In this document: positions 1 to 7,334 of the stretch, piece after piece | Position numbering within the stretch: position 1 is the first letter of the stretch | Layout of the letters: each line of letters starts with the position of its first letter | NCBI GenBank assembly: GCA_043228905.1 | Contig: JBHGNT010001385.1 | Span: forward strand, 1-9,129 | Direction of reading: 5' to 3' | Source of the DNA: Azolla caroliniana | Lineage: Eukaryota; Plantae; Polypodiophyta | Length of the DNA stretch: 9,129 nt | Notes under the pieces: generated by a model | The model's database searches: none | What the model was told of the DNA's origin: nothing | Seen by the model: the letters and a program-made list of their open reading frames with translations, nothing else | Program-made: the position numbers and the translations under genes

Positions 1-8
1 CTGACTCT

Positions 9-122
9 TTAGACCACTCGCTCAACCGCTTGTTGCGCTGCTTCTCGCCTCATCACCACTCGTGCCGACTCCAACACCACTTCGGCCACCATCTCCGCAA
101 GGTCTTCGTCTTCGGACTCCAT
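9..122 (-). pseudogene. N-terminus of first ORF (probably gag) of the Trp-primed element, ending at a probably premature TAA
   Basis: Hand translation gives MESEDEDLAEMVAEVVLESARVVMRREAAQQAVERVV*RV. It starts just after the PBS and has a helical-looking composition. TAA at 11-9 could be CAA>TAA. No diagnostic motif. Confidence 0.4.
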
Positions 123-137
123 CCTCCCTTGCCGCCT

Positions 138-155
138 TTCACGTCGGGTTCACCA
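138..155 (-). promoter_or_regulatory. Primer-binding site complementary to 3' end of tRNA-Trp
   Basis: Plus strand TTCACGTCGGGTTCACCA matches, as I recall it, the last 18 nt (including CCA) of plant cytosolic tRNA-Trp(CCA). Minus strand reads TGGTGAACCCGACGTGAA, 4 nt after an LTR-like ...CGACA end. Confidence 0.85.
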
Positions 156-292
156 AATATGTCGCGTTGTTACGCGCGTGCGTGGGGAAAGGCGGGACCA
201 CGGGGGTCTTGGACTAGGGAGCGATGGAGCGTAGGAAGTCGCACTTCACCGTTTCCGGCGCATCCCAGAAGCACACCGGAAGCAACCGAAGG

Positions 293-629
293 GAGAGAGA
301 GAGAGAGCGTGCTTAACACCGACTCACGCACACACACGCACACATAGCCCAACCCGACTCACGCCTTATGTACAGAAAACGCAGGAAAGGGTAGGCACCC
401 TACGCCAACAATGACGCGAATATACACAAACAAACGTATATATATATACATATAAAGGGAAGAATACATTCCCGGCGTCGAGCCGGACTGAGGTAGGTTA
501 CAGTAGTCGTCTGCTGTCAAGCCGCCGTCGGGGAGCTCTCAGCTCGTCACGCCGAGCGGGGTCTTGCACAGGAGGCCGAACCAAAGCAAACCCTAAGCAA
601 AACACGAAGAAGGAGAAGAAGAAGAAGAA
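293..629. repeat. Short microsatellites inside the LTR: (GA)7 293-306, CA-rich 326-344, (TA)6 437-448, GAA-rich 607-629
   Basis: Read directly. CCGACTCACGC is also repeated at 319-329 and 354-364. Confidence 0.8.
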
Positions 630-700
630 CCTAACTCTAAACCTAACGGTATACCCTCTAATGCAAAATGGGCAACCCTTACACAAAGGGCATTCCCTTC

Positions 701-709
701 CTTTTATAG
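701..709 (-). promoter_or_regulatory. Putative TATA box of the Trp-primed element LTR
   Basis: Minus strand CTATAAAAG, followed by a pyrimidine-rich (CTT)n tract at 629-607. Confidence 0.5.
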
Positions 710-1109
710 AACAAGGAAAGGGATGCGTTACAATGTGGGACAAATCCCGACTTACATGGGATCGTCTGTCCCGACTTGACTACTCTTCGGCGCCATAAAG
801 GCGCCCTCGATATTCACACTAAATGTACACGGGTGCGTACACACGCTGCACCCCGCCGATGTAGCCAATGTTTCCCGGTTTCTACCTCTGGCCGAAATTC
901 TTCACGACAACGTGAACTTGAGGTAGGACCCCGGGGCCTCCGACCAGAAGATATCAGATTCGTATGATTATATTAAGCAATTAATACAAAATTAGAAAGA
1001 TTCACAAATTTCATTAATAAAGGGAAAGAAAGATTACAATCAATCTCAAGATTGAGATTACAAAAAGTTTAGTTAATGGAGATTACTAGAGTAATAGATA
1101 AGAGGAAAA

Positions 1110-1265
1110 TAAGATATGGATTCCATAGAGATTTAGGGTTCTTGGCTTTGATAAGAGATTATGGTTTTATGAGTTGAAAATCTTCCGTATGGAAATTTAG
1201 GGTTATGAGTAAGATATGGCTTCCATAAGGAAATTTAGGGTTTATGAGAGTTATGGCTTCCCTAA
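1110..1265. repeat. Degenerate tandem repeat containing ATTTAGGGTT (telo-box-like) units
   Basis: ATTTAGGGTT at 1131-1140, 1195-1204 and 1233-1242. TAAGATATGG(A/C)TTCCATA at 1110-1127 and 1210-1227. Confidence 0.7.
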
Positions 1266-1334
1266 GATAAGGGAGCTGAGAAGGAAAAGAAAATTAATGG
1301 AGAGAGAGTATGAGTATAGGAAAAAAATGGAATA

Positions 1335-1556
1335 TATATGGAGTTCCCCGTTGATCATATGCATGTCTACTTTTTGTTGCATGGCCTCTACTTTTAGTTG
1401 CGTAGCTTCTTCCTTTAGTTGCATGGCTTTTTCGTTTAGTTGCATGCGATCGTCCACATGACCTTTAATTTAGTCTCTTTTACCTTTCTTTAATTAGCCA
1501 CATGATCCTTTTATCCATTCAGTTTGCATCCAACCTCATTCAGTCGCCGATTGCCG
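1335..1556 (+). repeat. Interspersed repeat copy A with a 21-bp minisatellite (1360-1446); inverted homologue of 2517-2903
   Basis: Units resembling TGCATGGCCTCTACTTTTAGT start at 1378, 1399, 1420 and 1441. Anchors GAGTTCCCCGTTGATCATA, CACATGACCTTTA, TTAATTAGCCACATGATCCT and GTCGCCGATTGCCG have exact or near-exact reverse-complement matches in 2517-2903. Confidence 0.8.
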
Positions 1557-1618
1557 CCGCCTCGTCGGCTCTACCGCTGGATCCGATTTGCTTACCGGCC
1601 GGTTTTTGGTTTTGCCAG

Positions 1619-1924
1619 TGTTAATGGGTGTTAATGGGTGGGGGGTGAAGCCATGAAACAACTCCACCCCCCTCCTAAAGGGGTTATGAGTGAGGGAGAG
1701 ACAAAGAGAGAGAAGGAGAGAGAAACAATGCCATAGAAATGAGAGCGAAAAATCTATATTCCATTACATGCCCCATAAGGGGTTTATATAGTACATAATG
1801 TAACGATTACTAATATGACCATTACAAAAAGACCATTACATTCTTGTACACATGCACATAATTTTTCATGTGTTCATACACATATTCATCCTCACACACT
1901 CATATATATTACACATACACAACA
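1619..1924 (-). mobile_element. Possible solo LTR (~306 bp)
   Basis: TGTT...AACA termini, minus-strand CTATATAAACCCC (1791-1779) followed by a CT-rich tract, and no PBS or PPT beside it. Flanks GCCAG/ACCAC match only 3/5 as a TSD. Confidence 0.4.
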
Positions 1925-1970
1925 ACCACTTTATTGTGTTCCAATACCTCTTCATACAACTCCTACGGTG

Positions 1971-2004
1971 TCGTGTGGTTTTTCACACACGATATAAAAA
2001 CTAG
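1971..2004 (+). mobile_element. Helitron-type 3' terminus (hairpin + CTAG|T)
   Basis: 7-bp stem TCGTGTG (1971-77) / CACACGA (1986-92), 8-nt spacer TATAAAAA, CTAG at 2001-2004, then T. This fits the established Helitron 3' signature. No Rep/helicase is present and the 5' end is not located. Confidence 0.5.
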
Positions 2005-2311
2005 TAAAATAATTATTTAAGATTAGCTTAATGGATTGATATGGGAAGATAGATATCTTTAAGAGCTTCATAATGCATTTTACTACACATGAAACGGATA
2101 AATCAGTATCAAGATATGTGAGTATGAAGTTTGAGAAGATAAGGAAAATAGAATTGTGAAATATCCCACATAGATAGGAAACTTTAGGATCCATCTATAT
2201 AAGCAGATTGAGAACCATTAGTTTTCATCTATGTGTTGAGAGCACAAAAGTAATGGTTGGACTTGGACCAATTTGTCTACATGGACAAATGTGGCTAAGG
2301 AACTGGCGACT

Positions 2312-2512
2312 GATGGAGCCAGCAACCGGAAACCGGATGGAGCTGGCGATCGGATAGAACCAACAACAAAGCTGGGAACCAGAAATCGGATGGAGATGGG
2401 AACTGGAAACCGGATGGAGATGGTAATTGGAAACCGGATGGAGCTGGCAACCGGAAACCGAAAATCGGACGACGTTGGTGATGAAGTTGGGAACTGGAAC
2501 CAGATGGTGATG
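2312..2512. repeat. 24-bp minisatellite, consensus about GGAAACCGGATGGAGATGGGAACT
   Basis: Visible as repeated GNRMEM/GNRMEL in the +2273 ORF. The best three to four units are at 2376-2460, with degenerate units either side. Confidence 0.8.
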
Positions 2513-2516
2513 GATC

Positions 2517-2903
2517 CGGCAATCGGCGACCTATCGAACGGAGCCGGTAACCAGCAACCGGACAGAACCGTCAACTGGATAGAACCGTCAACTGGATGGC
2601 GACGGAATGGAAACCGGACGTGGACCGGACGGATCGGATGGGTGACGGTCGAGATGGACGGATGATAGGATCATGTGGCGAATTAAAATAAAGTAAAGTA
2701 AAGTAAAGGAGATGTGGACGCATGCAATTGAAGTTGGAGGGCATGCATAAAGTAAAGGTCATGTGAAAGGCATGAAAAGAAAAAAACGGAGGCCATGCAA
2801 CTAAAAATAAAGGCCAAGCAACTAAAAATGGAGGCCATGCAAATAAAAGGGGACGCATGCAAAGGATCATGGGAGGCTATGATCAACGGAGAACTGCATA
2901 TTT
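2517..2903 (-). repeat. Interspersed repeat copy B (inverted relative to copy A), with 21-bp units at 2791/2812/2833 and an (AAAGT)n tract; interrupted by the copia element
   Basis: GGCCATGCAACTAAAAATAAA-type units are the reverse complement of copy A units. Homology to copy A continues up to the LTR edge (GATCAACGGAGAACTGCATAT vs GATCAACGGGGAACTCCATAT). Confidence 0.8.
2564..2597. repeat. Perfect 17-bp tandem duplication AGAACCGTCAACTGGAT x2
   Basis: 2564-2580 is identical to 2581-2597. Confidence 0.9.
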
Positions 2904-3290
2904 TGAAAGAATACGTTGTGCGGAAGCAATAGAAAACATAACACAAAAATGTAGGTTTAATGCAGAGCTTGACAGTATGCGAGAGAGACAGAGAAAGAGT
3001 TGAACAAGTTAAATCTATTACAAAACAATAATAGTTCTGTGTACATGAAACATGCTCAACAACACTATTTATACAAGTCCTAAGAGGACTAACAGAAGTA
3101 CCGCGTACTTCAATGCTCACTCGGGTGTCTGACACTAACTAGGAGACTATTAACTACCTAGTAGTCTAGGCTACTACTAGGATTCCGGTTACAATTGGAT
3201 CTGGCTAACTGGCTCCCTAGTTGACCGGCTCACCGATCCGGCTCAGGCTTATTCAGCCGATCCGGATCCGGTTGAGCTTGCCGCTCAACA
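2904..3290 (-). repeat. 3' LTR (387 bp)
   Basis: Minus strand TGTTGAG...CTTTCA, colinear with 8725-9129, TATAAATA at 3073-3066, directly abutting the PPT. Confidence 0.93.
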
Positions 3291-3917
3291 CTCCCCCTCA
3301 AGCTCAACTTCAGGTCGGATCGTAGTGTCAGTCTCTATGGCAGCCGGTCCTTCCACCCGACTCCTTCTGGCGTCACTCCGCCTCGTTCGGGCTCCTCGTC
3401 CGGTTCGGTCCCGTTTGCCGCGACCCGTCTGATTCTGCGCACCTCGACCTCCTTGGTCAGCTTGTCTGCTCAACAGGCCCAATTCAGCTCCCTCGTTGCT
3501 GTGACTTTGGCTCTTGCCGATTCGCCGATTCCTTCGTGTTGGCGTCGACTTTCGCTGCCTTCTCGTCCTCTTGGCATTGAATTGATCCGGTTCTTCCGAA
3601 TCCGTCTGTTGAACCGAATTGGCTGTCTCCGATTCGTTCCAGCTCTTGTCCGAATCGGTCGCTCCCGATTCGTCTTCCGGTTCCAAACCCTTCACCACAT
3701 CGGACCATGTCCGGGTCTTGGCCTTCTTCTTCTGGTCGGCTTTGTCCTTCTTGACTATGCCGCCACTGCCGCTTGTTCCGACTTGTTCGGATGTGTCAAC
3801 TTCCTTTGTCGACTCGACTCCTTTCTTCTTCTTGTCTCTCCCTTGGTCGGTTCTTCCCTTAACGGCGCAATCGACAGTCTCTTTGCTTTTGCCCGTTCTG
3901 TTGTCTTTGCCAGTTCT
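3285..3917 (-). other. 210-codon low-complexity C-terminal extension fused in frame to RNase H
   Basis: The frame stays open from LRG (3926-3918) to ELEGEC* (TGA 3287-3285), with K/E-rich, then acidic/Ser-rich, then Arg/Gly-rich blocks. Confidence 0.75.
3291..3302 (-). promoter_or_regulatory. Polypurine tract
   Basis: Minus strand CTTGAGGGGGAG immediately before the LTR TG, a typical copia PPT. Confidence 0.9.
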
Positions 3918-4394
3918 CCCCCTCAAGTGTGGCACGTCGAGATGCTGAACACCAAGCATTTCGGTGAAGTGCTGCAACTTGTCTGACCCGAGCGGTTTGG
4001 TGAAGATGTCTGCAACTTGCTGATCCGTAGGAACATACCGAAGTTCGACTTCACTACTTAGGACACGCTCACGCATGAAGTGGTAGTGCACTTCTATGTG
4101 CTTTGTGCGAGTATGGAATACGGGGTTCTTGGCGAGGTGCATGCTGCTTATGTTGTTGCAGGAGATCAGGATCGGGGTCGACACCTCGATCCGTAGGTCT
4201 TGCAACAATCGCCGGAGCCAAATGGCTTGACAGGTGGTAACGGTAGCGCCCCGATATTCAACCTTAGTGCTCGAAAGGGCCACTGTTGGCTGCTTTTTAC
4301 TGCTCCACGCAATAGCCACGCTACCAAAGGAAAACATATAGTCAGAGGTGGATCGGCGATCCGATGCATCGCCGGCCTAGTCGGCATTGCTGTA
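3918..4394 (-). other. RNase H domain of pol (approximate limits)
   Basis: YSNAD*AG (degenerate YSDADWAG), DRRSTS, WSSKKQPTVALSSTKVEY, NPVFHTRTKHIEVHYHF, QVADIFTKPL, ending HLRG. Confidence 0.92.
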
Positions 4395-4399
4395 GTCGA

Positions 4400-5408
4400 C
4401 TAGCTCTTCGGTTATACCATGCCAGTATAACAGTTCTCGGTCCTTCGTGCCGCTCACATATCACAAAATTCGATACGCGAACAGAAGGTCCTCCATGGTC
4501 GGCTTCTGCATATATTGGTTGATCATGCCGACCGGATAACTAATGTTCGGTCGGGTGATTGTCAGAAATATAAGGCTTCCGACGATTTGTCAGAACTATT
4601 TCTCATCGCAGGTCGAACCGGAGTCAGGATAGAGCTTCTAGTTCCAATCCAGGGGTGTGGAGATCGGTCGGCATTCCGTCATGCCGAACTTGTACAACAT
4701 ATTCAACACATAGTGTCTTTGTGAGAGCAATATGCCGTCGGGGGTTCGGATCACCATGATCCCAAGGAAATAGTGAAGGTCCCGTAGGTCCTTCATCTCA
4801 AATGTGTTCGACAACTGGGACTTGACTCGGCTGATCTCATTGAGTCTGGGTCCGCTGATGACTAGATCATCAACATACAACAGGATGCAAACCGGACCGT
4901 CTGGAGCTTGTCGAATGAACAACGAAGAGTTGGACTTGGAGGCCGCAAACCTCATCTTACGCAACCGATGCGTGATCTTCGCATTCCAAGCTCTGGGGGC
5001 TTGCTTCAGGCCATAAAGTGACTTCTTCAGCCAGCATACCGCCGACTTGTTCATCTCCGATTGGAAACCGGGGGGTTGGGTCATAAAGAAATCTTCTTCA
5101 AGATCACCTTGAGGAAATGCATTCTTCATGTCCATTTGGTGAAGATGCCACCCCCTTGCCGTAGCAACCGCCAGCACCACAAGAACCGTCGTCATCTTCG
5201 TTACTAGAGCGAAGGACTCGTCGTAGTCGATTCCGTGGGTCTGTGCGTATCCCTTCGCCACTAACCGGGCCTTGTACCGGTTAACTGAACCGTCAACATT
5301 GTACTTTACCTTGTACACCCACTTACATCCGATCGGTTTACAGTGTCGGGGAGGGTCAACTAGGTCCCATGTGTCGTTGGCATCAAATGCCCGCTTTTCT
5401 TCCTTCAT
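4400..5408 (-). other. Reverse transcriptase domain of pol (approximate limits)
   Basis: CKWVYKVK, RYKARLVAKGY, HQMDMKNAF, SLYGLKQAPRAW, YVDD, FLGI; continues through stops as IVGSLIFLTITRPNI. Confidence 0.95.
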
Positions 5409-5959
5409 AGCGACACACCAATTTGCGTCCTTGGCCGCTTTTGTGTAGCTCTCTCACTCACGCACTTCCGCCACCTTGTTCATGTACACATAGTGATGCG
5501 CCATGTACTCATTGTACCCGTACTGCATAACTGGGTTCTTCAGGCGAGAAGACCGGTGTAACTTGGTATTACCCGGTTTGGAGCCCTTCTTGGCCAGTTC
5601 GGACTTTGTTCCCGAAGATCCACCTTCATCCTTTCTGGAGGCGGATTCGCTCCGATCTGACTCAACGTTATCGGTTCCGTATTCTGGCGTCTTCTTCTTC
5701 CCTTTCTCTTTGCGCACGAACCGTCTCCTCAGTTCCTTGCGCGGGGAGAGCACGACAGAGTCTCCACTACTTGCCGGTTCCTCATCCGACTGGTCATCCC
5801 GACTCAGCCGTATGTTCGGTCCGCTCAACCGAAACGATTCCGGACTCTCATCTAGAGTCTCGAACCCTTTGTCTTCTGACCGGAGCGGTTCAAGCTCACT
5901 AGCCTCATCCTCTGGTATTGGGTCGGGGTCTGAAGTCGGAGCCGGTAAGGCATACCATG

Positions 5960-6812
5960 ATGCCGTCTCATCAAACTCAACATCCCGACTAACTCAAACC
6001 TGGTTTGTCCGGGGGTTATAACATTTATACCCCTTTTGCTCATGCGAGTAACTGACCAGGATGCATTTCTCCGACTCTACATCCAACTTCCTGTGTTTCT
6101 CATCCGGCACATGCACATATGCAATGCTACCGAATATCCGAAGGTGTCTCAAATTCGTCTTGCGCCCGAAATACAGCTCATGCGCAGACATCTTGTCACC
6201 GATCCGGTTTTGGACATAGACGGCCGTCCGAACCGCCTCCACCCAGTAGAAATGGAGCATGCTCTTCTCCTCCAGCATTGCCCTTGCGGTGTCGATAAGT
6301 GACCGGTTCTTCCTTTCGGCCACACCGTTTTGCTCCGGTGTGTATTTGCAGCTGAATTCTCTCCGAATTCCTTTTTGCTGCAGATAACTGTTGAATTGGC
6401 CGGAAAAATATTCTTTTCCGCCATCTGACCGTAGGCACTTGATCTTCCTCTCCGTTTCCCGTTCAACCAGGCTTTGTAGGTTCCGGAAACACTCGAAGAC
6501 TTTGCTCTTCTGCTCAATGAGGTAGATCCATGTGTGCCGGCTATAGTCGTCGATGAAGGAGACGAAATATCGACTCCCGCCAAGACTCACGTTTTGTTCC
6601 GGTTCCCATACATCCGAATGAATAAGGTCGAGCTTGTTATGGATACGGTTTCGTTCAGTGGGGAATGGAAGCCAGCGTTGCTTCCCGAGTTGGCAAGCTT
6701 CACATACTTGGGCCTTCCGGCTACAAAACTTTGGCAAACCGAAAACAACGTATTTTGTTTGCAAATCTTGAAGACTCCGGTAATTGACGTGGCCAATCCG
6801 CTTGTGCCAGAG
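5960..6812 (-). other. Integrase domain of pol (approximate limits)
   Basis: HHCC from LWHKRIGH...CEAC. DDE from IHSDVW, LRSDGGKEY and QNGVAERKNR. GKGY-like QKGYKCYNP, then *VSRDVEFDE. Confidence 0.92.
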
Positions 6813-6953
6813 ATCGATATCCGATTCAATCTTCTGTCCTTTGGCGAACAAAGCGGTGCCGACCTCATTTGTGTCGAGGATAAACATCCTCCTGTCCTTG
6901 CGCCCTTGCACAATGATTTGGCCCTCTTCCTCGATGAAGCACCCGAGGTGCGT

Positions 6954-7208
6954 AAACCACACCTGCATTCCCTGGTCAACAATCTGTCCAACCGACACCG
7001 GGTTCTTCGTGATGGTCGGAACATGTAATACGTTCATCAGCTTCCCCCTCTGTTCGACGTGGCTCAAAGGGACTTCTCCGACAGGCACGATTGGGTGTGG
7101 AGTGTCATCTCTGGTTTCGACGACTCCCGGTTGTTCCGGTTTCTCCAAGAAGGAGAACCACTCTTCGTGGCTCGTCATATGATTCGACGCACCGGAATCA
7201 ACGTACCA
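6954..7208 (-). other. Aspartic protease domain of pol (approximate limits)
   Basis: WYVDSGASNHMT active-site motif and NVLHVPTITKNPVSVGQI. Confidence 0.88.
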
Positions 7209-7334
7209 CAGTTCCTCCGATTTGGAAGTGGTCTTCTTCATCGAGTTAGCCTCGTGTTTCATCACCAAGGTTGGCCCTTTACCGACTTTTCTAGTTTCAG
7301 ATCCTCTCGATCCTTTTGCGTAGTGCGAGTATTA

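Larger units (their letters stand above)
1..909 (-). mobile_element. 5' end of a second LTR retrotransposon (5' LTR, tRNA-Trp PBS, start of first ORF), continuing off the left edge
   Basis: Minus-strand order is TG...CA-bounded LTR (909->160), 4-nt spacer, 18-nt PBS (155->138), then an ATG 15 nt downstream (122). No pol is visible, so the superfamily cannot be assigned. Confidence 0.75.
160..909 (-). repeat. 5' LTR (~750 bp) of the Trp-primed element
   Basis: Termini TGTCGCG (160-166) and CACGACA (903-909) form a 6/7 inverted repeat. It has a minus-strand TATA (CTATAAAAG, 709-701), a CTT-rich tract downstream and an adjacent PBS. The partner LTR is outside the window, so 909 is inferred. Confidence 0.65.

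Noticed and set aside
138-155. tRNA-Trp gene
   Set aside because: Only the 3' 18 nt with encoded CCA are present, with no D or anticodon arm. Position beside an LTR end indicates a PBS.
30-967. ORFs 30-347(+), 170-352(-), 498-743(-), 776-967(+)
   Set aside because: They overlap LTR, PBS and microsatellite sequence and show no protein-like motifs.
1216-1461. ORFs 1216-1461(+) and 1251-1457(-) with heptad-like repeats
   Set aside because: The apparent coiled coil (MQLKEEA) is just the translated 21-bp minisatellite.
1360-2862. CRISPR-like arrays (21- and 24-bp repeats)
   Set aside because: Units are contiguous and degenerate, with no unique spacers and no cas genes, in a eukaryotic TE context.
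2218-2870. ORFs 2273-2665(+), 2218-2574(-), 2571-2870(-) as genes
   Set aside because: They stay open because the 24- and 21-bp repeat units are multiples of 3; no recognisable domain.
3285-3917. Sirevirus-type env-like ORF or chromodomain
   Set aside because: The tail is fused in frame to pol, hydrophilic, and shows no transmembrane stretch or chromodomain aromatic pattern.
7332-7334. Programmed gag stop/readthrough at TAA
   Set aside because: It lies near the gag/PR boundary, but nine similar in-frame stops occur elsewhere, it is one C>T from CAA, and there is no CARYYA-type readthrough context. A family consensus would settle it.
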